From the NCBI GenBank assembly GCA_021777565.1, contig JAJYDJ010000001.1, positions 314,856-360,681 on the forward strand: a stretch of 45,826 bases of DNA, written 5' to 3'. Below are positions 37,609 to 45,826 of this stretch, piece after piece; the stretch's first letter is position 1; each line of letters starts with the position of its first letter. The stretch is from a bacterium (GTDB taxonomy: Bacteria > Patescibacteriota > Microgenomatia > Levybacterales > UBA12049). The translations under genes were made by a program, and so were the position numbers. The notes below the pieces were generated by a model. It saw only the letters and a list, made by a program, of their open reading frames with translations. It made no database searches and was not told where the DNA came from.

Positions 37609-37614
37609 ACAGAC

Positions 37615-37701
37615 GTGCTCAGATATTCCTGTTGGGATTTTTAATGCCCTCATTGGACAGATCCTAATAGGTCTGAGCACAACCAGTGGGGGCATTTGAG
37701 T
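37615..37701 (+). ncRNA. Structured 5' leader of the recombinase mRNA with two alternative folds
   Basis: Fold A: 37615-23/37672-80 plus 37628-38/37661-71. Fold B: 37643-56/37683-96. Each long helix includes two G-U pairs. Confidence 0.55.
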
Positions 37702-39339
37702 ATGGATAATAAAATTGAATACTTTATTTATGCAAGAAAAAGTAGTGAATCTGAAGATAGACAAGTACTTTCTATTGAGTCTCAAAAAAATGAAATGAAA
37801 GACCTTGTTAAACGTGTCGGACTTAACATCGTTGCTATAAAGGAGGAGGCACACTCAGCAAAAGCTCCAGGCAGACCCGTCTTTAATCAAATGCTTGATG
37901 AAATCGAGCAAGGTAAGGCTCAAGGAATTATTGTTTGGAATCCTGATAGAATGTCTAGAAATTCAGTTGATACAGGAAGAATTATTTATCTGCTCGACCT
38001 TGGAAAACTTCAAGAACTGGTGACTCCCTCGCAAGTATTTCGGAATACCCCCAATGATAAGTTCCTTCTATCTCTGCTTTGTTCTACAGCTAAATTGGAT
38101 AACGACAATAAGGGTGTCAATGTAAAACGAGGACTCAAAGCCAAGGCTGAAATGGGTATTTATCCAGCGCCTGCTCCTACAGGGTATGTAAATAACAAAT
38201 ACGCAGAGCGTGGCAATAAGACAGTTGAGATTGATCCAGAACGTTTTGATTTAGTCAAAAAGATGTTTGACATGGTTCTTTCACAAAAATATACACCGAT
38301 ACAGGTACTCAAGATTGCTACAGATGATTGGAAGTTTAAAACCAAGGAAGGCAAGAAGCTGGCACGTAGTACGTGGTATAGGATGCTTACTAATCCAGTC
38401 TATGCAGAAACCTTTGAATACCCTCTCAATAGTGGTAACTGGCATAAAGCTGCACACCTACACATGATTACGGACGAACAGTTTGATTTTATCCAGATTT
38501 TACTAGGTAAAAAAGGCAAACAGAAGCCTAAAAGTCACATATTCGCATTTACTGGACTTATTCGCTGTGGAGAATGTGGAGCAATGATAACGTGCGAAGA
38601 GAAGATAAAGAGACAGAAAAGTGGCAAGGTACATGTATATATTTACTACCATTGTACTAAGAGAATAAACCCAGATTGCACACAAGGTTCCATAGAAGAG
38701 GAAGAGCTAAAGAGACAAATTCTTATAAAACTTTCTGAAATAAAAATACCTAATGAGTTTCATAACTGGGCATTAAAGTGGCTCAGGAAAACGAACCAGA
38801 CCGAGTTTCAAACAACAAGCGAAATACTCAGTTCTCAACAAAAAGCATATAAGCTCTGCTTAGAGCAAATAAGCGAGCTCATTGATATGCGAGCTGCAAA
38901 GGAAATTACACCAGAAGAGTTTAAGGAAAAGAAGCCAAACCTAGAAAAGGAAAAGAAACGACTGGAGGAGCTACTTAATGATACGGGAGAGCATGTGAGC
39001 AATTGGCTTGCAAAAGCAGATGATGCTTTTGACTTTGCGAGAGACGCAGTAGCAAAGTTTAATGATGGAGAGTTAGAAGACAAGCGGTATGTCCTTTCAC
39101 GTCTTGGTTCGAACCTCCTCTTAAAAGACAAAATCCTCACTATTACGCTCGACGAGGTACTTGAAGCACTTAAAAGTGTAGCAGAAGAGGCAAATCAACT
39201 TTGTGATACGTTAGAACCTGTAGAAGGTATTGATAGGACAGTCCAATTAGAGACTTTGTACGAACAAAATCCACGAATGCTGCTGAGCCTGGACTCGAAC
39301 CAGAATAAACAGCTCCAAAGGCTGCTGTCCTACCATTAG
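37702..39339 (+). CDS. Large serine recombinase (resolvase, recombinase, zinc-ribbon and coiled-coil domains)
   Basis: YARKS catalytic Ser, SAKAPGRPVF, DRMSRN, CGECG...YYHC...C; the C-terminus reads through the antisense tRNA. Confidence 0.95.
   Translation: MDNKIEYFIYARKSSESEDRQVLSIESQKNEMKDLVKRVGLNIVAIKEEAHSAKAPGRPVFNQMLDEIEQGKAQGIIVWNPDRMSRNSVDTGRIIYLLDLGKLQELVTPSQVFRNTPNDKFLLSLLCSTAKLDNDNKGVNVKRGLKAKAEMGIYPAPAPTGYVNNKYAERGNKTVEIDPERFDLVKKMFDMVLSQKYTPIQVLKIATDDWKFKTKEGKKLARSTWYRMLTNPVYAETFEYPLNSGNWHKAAHLHMITDEQFDFIQILLGKKGKQKPKSHIFAFTGLIRCGECGAMITCEEKIKRQKSGKVHVYIYYHCTKRINPDCTQGSIEEEELKRQILIKLSEIKIPNEFHNWALKWLRKTNQTEFQTTSEILSSQQKAYKLCLEQISELIDMRAAKEITPEEFKEKKPNLEKEKKRLEELLNDTGEHVSNWLAKADDAFDFARDAVAKFNDGELEDKRYVLSRLGSNLLLKDKILTITLDEVLEALKSVAEEANQLCDTLEPVEGIDRTVQLETLYEQNPRMLLSLDSNQNKQLQRLLSYH
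39258..39283. repeat. Right junction: P arm plus GCTGC core
   Basis: GTACGAACAAAATCCACGAAT then GCTGC (39279-39283) at the tRNA 3' end. Confidence 0.7.
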
Positions 39340-39350
39340 ACGACTCAGCA
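39280..39350 (-). tRNA. tRNA-Gln (anticodon TTG), CCA not encoded
   Basis: TGCTGAG/CTCAGCA acceptor stem; D-arm GTCTAATGGTAGGAC; anticodon arm GCAGC-CTTTGGA-GCTGT; T-arm CTGGTTCGAGTCCAG. Confidence 0.95.
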
Positions 39351-39382
39351 AGGTAGCTCTATTATAGCAAAAGGACTGTAGC

Positions 39383-40450
39383 TTAGGAAGCGAGTGAGTC
39401 GTTGATGTCTGCAATCAGTTGTGGCCCAGTAAAGATCATGCCGGTAATGAGCTGCGTAAGATCGGCACCTGCATGAAGCTTCTCTTTTGCATCGTCGGGA
39501 CTAAAAATACCCCCACACCCAATGATAGTAAATCGATTTTTATATTTTTTTCGAGTGAGGGATATAAGATAATTTGACCTGGCAAAGGCGGGTCTCCCAC
39601 TGAAGTTTCCTCTTCCCGCATGATCTATTTCTTCTTTATCAAATGCAGGGTCTGTTCTATCTTGTTGCAAGTTACCGATGATAACTCCAATCGCACTGCT
39701 TGCATTAATTTCTTGCAAAAGTTTTTCAAAAACATCATTTGGTTGCGATATTGGCATTTTGATAAAAAGTGGTCTGGCGAGCTTGAGCTGATCAATAGCG
39801 TGAAGTAGTTTTCTTAATTCTTTCGGATCATAAAATGTGACATCACCAGCTAAATTTGGACAGCTGATATTGAGTTCATAATATGAATGATACATACGAG
39901 CTTTTTCAAATTTTGTAAAACAAGAAACAATATCTTTCACACTGTCCTCTTGTGAAAGTGTGGCATCATTGGTTCTCCCAACACTTATACCAACTGGGAT
40001 AGCAAATGTCTGATTTTGCAAATTTCTAATGATGGCATCTGCTCCAGGATTTTTAAATCCTTTATTTACCAGAAGTGACTGAGACTTGGGAAGCCGTGCA
40101 AGCATCGGTCGCGGATTGCCTTGATAGGAATGGTTGGTTATCGTGCCAATGGTATGAAATCCAAACCCGAGAGTTGGAGTTATTTGTGTCAGTCGTGCTT
40201 CATAATCAAATCCAGCAGCCAGGCCAACTGGACCAGCAAATGGTATGCCATGTAGTGTCCGTTGGAGCTTTTTTAGAGCCGGACCAAAAAGAGTTTTAAA
40301 AAGATATACGGTTAGTTCTCGTGAACCAAAAAATTCACCGAGTAGTGTGAATCTCGTGTGTACCCACTCGGCGTCAAAACGAAAGAGTATGGGTTTCAGA
40401 ATTGATTGGTATACCAGTCCAATAAGTAAACGACAGTATTTTTGTATCAT
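39383..40450 (-). CDS. pyrD: Dihydroorotate dehydrogenase, class 2-like
   Basis: N-terminal helical extension, GLAAGFD, GTIT...GNPRP, NKGFKN, ELNISCPN, IGCGGIFS, QLITG. Confidence 0.9.
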   Translation of the reverse strand: MIQKYCRLLIGLVYQSILKPILFRFDAEWVHTRFTLLGEFFGSRELTVYLFKTLFGPALKKLQRTLHGIPFAGPVGLAAGFDYEARLTQITPTLGFGFHTIGTITNHSYQGNPRPMLARLPKSQSLLVNKGFKNPGADAIIRNLQNQTFAIPVGISVGRTNDATLSQEDSVKDIVSCFTKFEKARMYHSYYELNISCPNLAGDVTFYDPKELRKLLHAIDQLKLARPLFIKMPISQPNDVFEKLLQEINASSAIGVIIGNLQQDRTDPAFDKEEIDHAGRGNFSGRPAFARSNYLISLTRKKYKNRFTIIGCGGIFSPDDAKEKLHAGADLTQLITGMIFTGPQLIADINDSLAS

Positions 40451-40506
40451 GTGATCAATGTATCACAAATGTATTATTTTTTCTGGAATGTGAGTCACAG
40501 AGAAAA

Positions 40507-42186
40507 TTATCGTTTAAATAACTTTTGTAACTCCTCTATTCCAATTTCAATATGCGTTGGTCTGCCGTGAGGACAGGTGGCATTGTTCTCAGTAACGTGT
40601 AATTTCTCCCAGAGCGCTTTCATTTGTGTTTCTGTGAGCGACTGCCCGGCCATGATGGCATAGCGGCAAGAAAGAGTTGTCATAATTCTCTGAGTAAGTT
40701 TATCCGTATCAGTGATACTGTCACTTTCTTGAATTTGTGATAACAAATCAGTGATAAATCGCAATGGGTCATAGTCATGCATCAGATGTGGAATGCTGAC
40801 GAGTTTGACACTGTTACCGGCAAAATCTTCAATGACAATTCCAAGTCTCTCAAGTGTTTCTGCTTGTGACAAAAGGATCTGCTTTTCACTACTGGAAACA
40901 TCAAGAATAATGGGGACAGAAAAAGTAAACACATTTTTTTCTTTGGTAAGCGTTGTCATCGTTGTTTGTAGTTTCTCAAACAAGATTCGCTCATCCGCCG
41001 CATGTTGATCCATAAGAATTATTTTTTTGCCGTTGGTAATAATGACATACGTGTTATCAACTTGTTGAAATGTAAGTGGCAGCGTTTCATTGATGTGCAC
41101 TTTAAGCGCTGTGGCAAGTGCGGTATTTTCAGGGAGTTTTCTTTCACTAATGCCAAGAGGAAGCGAGACATCCTTACTCCATGAGACATTTGAAAAAGTT
41201 AAATTATGTGTCGTCAGTTGGTCTTTGATAAGTCGAGTAATTGTCTGAAACACAAATTCTTTATCCAAGAATTTAATTTGTTCTTTCCGTGGGTGGATAT
41301 TCACATCAGTTCGCTCGACCGGAACAGTAAGAAAAAGAACACATGGCGGGTATGATCGTGCAGCGAGTAAACTCCCATAGGCCTCTCGAATGGCCTGGAT
41401 GACAAGCGGATCTTTCACAGGGCGATTGTTAATAAAGACATACATTTTGGCATCTGATTTTTGTGCCAACACCGGATGACTTAAAAACCCTTTCAGTGTT
41501 ACAAATGAATCCTGCGCATTCAGAGGGAACAGATATTGTGCAAAAGAAGTCCCTAAGACCTCTTTCGTGCGCGTATCTGGATCACTGGGAAGAACTGCGA
41601 GCAGTGACCTGTTGTTGTGGGTGAGCGTAAATGTTATCTCGGGGTGAGCGAGAGCTTGCATCAGGGCAGTATGCAATAAATGATGTGTCTCAATTTTTTC
41701 AGATGCCAGAAATTTCTTTCTTGTTGGCGTATTCCCAAACAAATCAATAATTTGTATCCGGGTACCCGTATCCATGCCGATTGGTTTGGAATTTATCTGT
41801 TTGCCATTTTCCCACACGACCTGCGTCCCCACTTCTCCCTCTTGTTTACTTTCAATAACCAAGCGACTCACTGACGCGATACTAGAAAGAGCTTCTCCTC
41901 GAAAACCATACGTATGAATTGCACTCAGAGGGTCTTCTGATTGGATCTTACTTGTTGTGTGCGGCTTTGCTGCTTCCTCTATATCCTCAGTACTCATCCC
42001 GATACCATTATCTACGACTTCAATAAGATCAAGTCCCCCACCTTCAAGTGCAATGTGTATCTCACTGGCACCTGCATCGATCGCATTCTCAATGAGCTCT
42101 TTGAGCGCATAGGCAGGTCTCTCGATAATCTCGCCCGCGGCGATACGAGAAATAGTTTCTGGTGATAGTTGATGAATCGTTCTCAT
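40507..42186 (-). CDS. mutL: DNA mismatch repair endonuclease MutL
   Basis: KELIENAIDAG, DNGIGM, GFRGEAL, DQHAADERILFE endonuclease motif, CPHGRP. Confidence 0.97.
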   Translation of the reverse strand: MRTIHQLSPETISRIAAGEIIERPAYALKELIENAIDAGASEIHIALEGGGLDLIEVVDNGIGMSTEDIEEAAKPHTTSKIQSEDPLSAIHTYGFRGEALSSIASVSRLVIESKQEGEVGTQVVWENGKQINSKPIGMDTGTRIQIIDLFGNTPTRKKFLASEKIETHHLLHTALMQALAHPEITFTLTHNNRSLLAVLPSDPDTRTKEVLGTSFAQYLFPLNAQDSFVTLKGFLSHPVLAQKSDAKMYVFINNRPVKDPLVIQAIREAYGSLLAARSYPPCVLFLTVPVERTDVNIHPRKEQIKFLDKEFVFQTITRLIKDQLTTHNLTFSNVSWSKDVSLPLGISERKLPENTALATALKVHINETLPLTFQQVDNTYVIITNGKKIILMDQHAADERILFEKLQTTMTTLTKEKNVFTFSVPIILDVSSSEKQILLSQAETLERLGIVIEDFAGNSVKLVSIPHLMHDYDPLRFITDLLSQIQESDSITDTDKLTQRIMTTLSCRYAIMAGQSLTETQMKALWEKLHVTENNATCPHGRPTHIEIGIEELQKLFKR

Positions 42187-44777
42187 ATATTTTTCTTTTC
42201 AATTTCTTTCTTCATACCATCAAGAGTATTGAGGGCTTCCAGTGGGGTCATCTCGGTCAGATCTAACTGTTTAATTTTTTCAATGATTTCTTTTTTTGTG
42301 TTTCCGGGTGTTGTACTGTTTTGTTCTGCCGTCCTATCTTTCTCAAGTGTCTCAAGCATATGACTCGCTGCATCAGTGACTTCCTCTGGAAGGCCTGCTA
42401 GTTTGGCAACGGCAATGCCAAAACTGTGCGACGCTGCACCTGGGGTAAGTTCATGTAGAAAAATAGGATTTCCTGAGCTGTTACTCACCGACATATGGTA
42501 ATTGGCAATGATCTTAGGATAGGTCTGCTCAAGTTTTTGTAGTTCATGATAGTGAGTTGCAAAAAGAGTTTTGGGGGCAGGATTAAAATGAGTTGCAAGA
42601 TAACTTGCAACACTCCAGGCAATACTGATGCCATCATACGTACTGGTTCCCCGACCAATCTCATCCATGATGATAAGGCTATCTTTGGTTGCATGATTGA
42701 GAATGTAGGCAGTCTCTGCCATCTCTACCATAAAAGTGGAGAGTCCACTGGTGATCATATCTGAGGCACCACTTCTGACAAATATACGGTCAACGAGAGA
42801 AAGTTCAGCACGCTCTGCCGGGACAAAAGATCCAATCTGATTCATCAGTGCGATGAGTGCAACTTGTCTTAAATAGACTGACTTGCCGGCCATATTTGGG
42901 CCAGTGATGATAAGAATTCTCTGTTTGGTCACGTCCAGATCAATATCATTTGGGACAAAATGTCTGGCAGGAAGCCGTTGTTCAATAACAGGATGGCGTG
43001 CTTTTTTCACATGCATGTCACCACTATGCAGGAGTTTTGGTTGTACATAGTGATACGTCTTGGCATTGTGTGCAAAGCTCACAAGACAATCAATCTGTGC
43101 AATGGCTTGGATGGTTTGTTGCAGTTGTGGTGTAAAGGATAAAATTTTTTCAAGTGTCTGTAGAAAAATCTCATATTCTTTTTGCTGCATACTCTCTTCT
43201 GCGGTGAGAATTTTTAATTCTTGCTCTTTCAATTCTTTTGTCGTGAACCGCTCCCCATTCACCAGCGTCTGTTTACGAAAATAATGTTCTGGAATGAGGT
43301 GTAAATTTGCTTTACTTACTTCAATGTAAAATCCAAAAACGCTGTTGTATCTGACTTTGAGTGTTGCAATGCCACTTGCTTCTCTCTCTTGTGCTTCAAA
43401 TTCTGCCATCCATTGCTTGCCGTTTTTGACAAGTTTGTGGAGCGCATCAAGTTCTGAGTCAACACCGCTTGTGATCATGCCGCCAATCTTGGTATCAATG
43501 GGTGGCTCATCAACAAATGTTTGTTCAACCAGTGAAATTACTTTGTGCATCTCATTACTGATGTCTTTATGGAGTTTGGTGAGCAGTGGATCGTTTTGTT
43601 TTGCCAGCGTCTGTTTGATGGCAAGCACTGAGAGGAGGGCTTGTTTTACATTGATAATATCTCGTGCATTGCCAATGCCAACCGAAAGCCTGGCAACGAG
43701 TCGTTCAATATCGGTAATAGTTGGAAGAATCTCTTGCAGTTTGGTATATACCGTGCTATCGGCAAGCAATGTTTGTACGGCCATGTGACGCTTGGAAATA
43801 TCAGCTGCTTTTTTGAGTGGTTTTCTCATCCATTCACGAAGAAGCCGTCCCCCACTGGCTGTCTGAGTCGTATCAAGTATCGCAAGCAGTGAGTTCTTGG
43901 TCTCCTGGTCTCGAAGTGTTGCAAAAAGTTCCAAGTTCATGATGGTTGCACGGTCCAGTGTCACGTAATCGAGTGTCGGAATTTCTACGAGACTTCGCAT
44001 GTGATGAACGCTTCCTTGTTGGGTATATTGCAAATACCCAAGAAGTGTTGAGGCAGCAATCAGTGCATTATGTTTCTCATGAAGACCAGAAGCTTGCAGG
44101 GTTGAAAGACCAAAGTGATCTTTCAATTGTTCTGAAGCGTTCTTCGCATATTTCCCCCAATCAGCAAATGGGGTGACATTGGTGTCCAAATGCAGAGAAA
44201 GTATTCCTAAAAAATCTTTGTCATTATATACATCAGGAGACAGAACACATTCTGTCGGATGATAGGCAGTGAGAACATCACGAATAATTTCACCTATGTC
44301 TCCCCCTTCTATCTCGGAAGAGGCAAAATATCCAGTGGAGATATCAGCGATACTCAATGCCAGTCCTTGAGGAATTGGTAAAATGCTTGCGATAAAATTA
44401 TGTTCTTTTTGTGCCAGTGCTTTCTCATCAAGAATGGTACCAGGTGTTATGACACGGATGACTTCCCGTTTGATTATACCTTTTTTACTTGGTGGAGTGA
44501 TCTGCTCACAGATAGCGACTCGATGTCCTGCTTTGACCAGTTTGGCAATGTATCCATCCACGGCATGATATGGCACTCCTGCCATAGGGATACGACCATC
44601 TTTCCCTTTGGGTCGTGAAGTAAGGGTGATATTTAACACTTGTGCGCCAACCAATGCATCGTCAAGAAAAAGCTCATAAAAATCCCCCATGCGATAGAAA
44701 AGCAAACAATCCATATACTGTTTTTTCACTGCAATATATTGTTGCATCATAGGCGTAGTAAAGCTTTCCATAGACAT
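42183..44777 (-). CDS. mutS: DNA mismatch repair protein MutS
   Basis: TPMMQQY, GDFYELF, TGPNMAGKS, STFMVEM, DEIGRGTST, ATHYHEL; 4-nt overlap with mutL. Confidence 0.98.
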   Translation of the reverse strand: MSMESFTTPMMQQYIAVKKQYMDCLLFYRMGDFYELFLDDALVGAQVLNITLTSRPKGKDGRIPMAGVPYHAVDGYIAKLVKAGHRVAICEQITPPSKKGIIKREVIRVITPGTILDEKALAQKEHNFIASILPIPQGLALSIADISTGYFASSEIEGGDIGEIIRDVLTAYHPTECVLSPDVYNDKDFLGILSLHLDTNVTPFADWGKYAKNASEQLKDHFGLSTLQASGLHEKHNALIAASTLLGYLQYTQQGSVHHMRSLVEIPTLDYVTLDRATIMNLELFATLRDQETKNSLLAILDTTQTASGGRLLREWMRKPLKKAADISKRHMAVQTLLADSTVYTKLQEILPTITDIERLVARLSVGIGNARDIINVKQALLSVLAIKQTLAKQNDPLLTKLHKDISNEMHKVISLVEQTFVDEPPIDTKIGGMITSGVDSELDALHKLVKNGKQWMAEFEAQEREASGIATLKVRYNSVFGFYIEVSKANLHLIPEHYFRKQTLVNGERFTTKELKEQELKILTAEESMQQKEYEIFLQTLEKILSFTPQLQQTIQAIAQIDCLVSFAHNAKTYHYVQPKLLHSGDMHVKKARHPVIEQRLPARHFVPNDIDLDVTKQRILIITGPNMAGKSVYLRQVALIALMNQIGSFVPAERAELSLVDRIFVRSGASDMITSGLSTFMVEMAETAYILNHATKDSLIIMDEIGRGTSTYDGISIAWSVASYLATHFNPAPKTLFATHYHELQKLEQTYPKIIANYHMSVSNSSGNPIFLHELTPGAASHSFGIAVAKLAGLPEEVTDAASHMLETLEKDRTAEQNSTTPGNTKKEIIEKIKQLDLTEMTPLEALNTLDGMKKEIEKKNI

Positions 44778-44871
44778 ACGTTATCATACCATGATGTGTG
44801 CGTGAAAGTGGCCAAATACGTAAAATTTTCTTGTTGCAAATCACTTGCGGAGCATATATAGTAAATACACT

Positions 44872-45354
44872 ATGCAAGACGATACACAGGTAATTCCACA
44901 GGATGACGAGATAACTGAAGGAGATATTGTTCAGGATAATCCAACCACTTCTAGTGTTACCGAAGATAATTCCAATGTCCTTCTTTCACTTGATGAAATG
45001 ATCAAGCTGACCATTTCTTCCATGGATCGACTGAAGGAAGAATTGACCAAAGCACGTGAAATGGTCAATGATGCACTTCTTTCTGACGCTAACTACAAGC
45101 AAATGGATGACAAAGTAAAAGAAGCGACCAAAGAGCGAACCCGTGTCAAAAAAGATTTGCTTGGTAAACCTGGCATGATGGAGCTTGCACAAAAAGTGAA
45201 AAATCTCTCTGAAGAAATTAAAGAAAAAGATGCTTCTCTTTCTGACTATGTTATGGAGTATCAGCGTATGGCAGATGTGAACCAGATTGAATTGCCAAAT
45301 GGCGAAATTCTTGAAATTATCCAGAGTGCAAAAGTTGTGAGAAAAAGAAAATAG
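44872..45354 (+). CDS. Acidic coiled-coil hypothetical protein
   Basis: Long heptad-like helices; start refined to ATG 44872. Confidence 0.75.
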   Translation: MQDDTQVIPQDDEITEGDIVQDNPTTSSVTEDNSNVLLSLDEMIKLTISSMDRLKEELTKAREMVNDALLSDANYKQMDDKVKEATKERTRVKKDLLGKPGMMELAQKVKNLSEEIKEKDASLSDYVMEYQRMADVNQIELPNGEILEIIQSAKVVRKRK

Positions 45355-45357
45355 TCT

Positions 45358-45780
45358 TCATGGATTTTCTACTTCCCGTGCGGTAATTGGTGGCTGAATG
45401 CGTCTCCCCACTTGATTTGTATAGTCTAATGTTACGTCGCGTCGTATTCTTGCAGTAATGACGTCAATTGCCCGCCCTGCACGCTTGGCCTCCTCAACTG
45501 CTTCAGAATATACCAGCACTTCATGGTCAACCCTGCTTCTACACATTTGTCCCCAGTCCTCAAGAACGACCCGAGTGAGCTGAAATAAAGAAATAGTAAG
45601 CCATGTTTGCAGATCTTCGGGCCAACTCTCTACATCAGCAGTGTCGTCATGAAGAATGTAGACTTCTACTTGTGGTGGGCCTGAGACAAATTGTTCAGTT
45701 ACGGTAGCGTAGTGAACACATCGATCACCTTGTGGGATACTCGCCAATTCTTGCTCGTCAAGAATGGTCTCACTTGCCAT
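45358..45780 (-). CDS. Hypothetical protein
   Basis: 140 aa ORF converging on 45354; no recognisable motif. Confidence 0.6.
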   Translation of the reverse strand: MASETILDEQELASIPQGDRCVHYATVTEQFVSGPPQVEVYILHDDTADVESWPEDLQTWLTISLFQLTRVVLEDWGQMCRSRVDHEVLVYSEAVEEAKRAGRAIDVITARIRRDVTLDYTNQVGRRIQPPITAREVENP

Positions 45781-45826
45781 AACTTATGCGATAAGACTCT
45801 CCCCTGTCATATCTTGAGGCTTTGCA

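Larger units (their letters stand above)
24014..39283. mobile_element. Serine-recombinase integrative element (about 15.3 kb) at the 3' end of tRNA-Gln
   Basis: Large serine recombinase overlapping the tRNA; GCTGC core at both ends; the rejoined attP is an imperfect inverted repeat centred on TG; Rep-like gene; AT-rich cargo. Confidence 0.8.

Noticed and set aside
37615-37696. Reading the recombinase leader as an H-type pseudoknot or a known self-cleaving ribozyme
   Set aside because: A 2-nt linker cannot span a 20-bp stem, and I could not match the conserved cores of HDV, twister, pistol or hammerhead ribozymes. It is reported as alternative folds instead.
39280-39339. Treating the recombinase/tRNA overlap as a mis-assembly or pseudogene
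   Set aside because: Both the ORF and the tRNA are intact, and the overlap is explained by integration at the tRNA 3' end.
40450-40499. Palindromes TGTGAT-N6-ATCACA and TGTGAGTCACA between mutL and pyrD
   Set aside because: Spacing differs from the CRP box at 23136, one overlaps the pyrD start codon, and the region is AT-rich; no support for a shared regulon.
1-45826. CRISPR array, rRNA, IS transposase or prophage structural genes
   Set aside because: No regularly spaced repeats, rRNA-like tracts, DDE/HUH transposase or capsid/terminase motifs were seen by eye.

Overview
Gene-dense bacterial chromosome segment. The short intergenic spaces, conserved hypothetical genes and promoter style suggest a CPR/Patescibacteria (Microgenomates-like) organism; this is inference, not a database result. 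The backbone (1-24013 and 39284-45826) carries housekeeping and envelope genes: a truncated CHASE-PAS sensor, rarA, an M3 oligoendopeptidase, a class-A beta-lactamase-like serine hydrolase, VanW, an L,D-transpeptidase, an RsuA-family pseudouridine synthase, FKBP, pyrD, mutL and mutS. It also has a translationally coupled processive GT2 synthase plus GH18 chitinase/CBM pair. Most backbone genes have a -10 hexamer 5-9 nt before the ATG and no Shine-Dalgarno, so they look leaderless. An AT-rich integrative element of about 15.3 kb (24014-39283) sits at the 3' end of a tRNA-Gln(TTG) gene. It encodes a large serine recombinase, a Rep_trans/CRI-like initiator, a SpoVG-like protein, and a glycosyltransferase plus nucleotide-hydrolase cargo. 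The junctions could be reconstructed by hand. The crossover core (GCTGC) lies inside the recombinase ORF, so excision would swap its last 18 residues in frame for a different 19-residue tail. The recombinase mRNA leader can adopt two mutually exclusive folds. No CRISPR array or rRNA was seen. All assignments come from motif reading; no searches were run.
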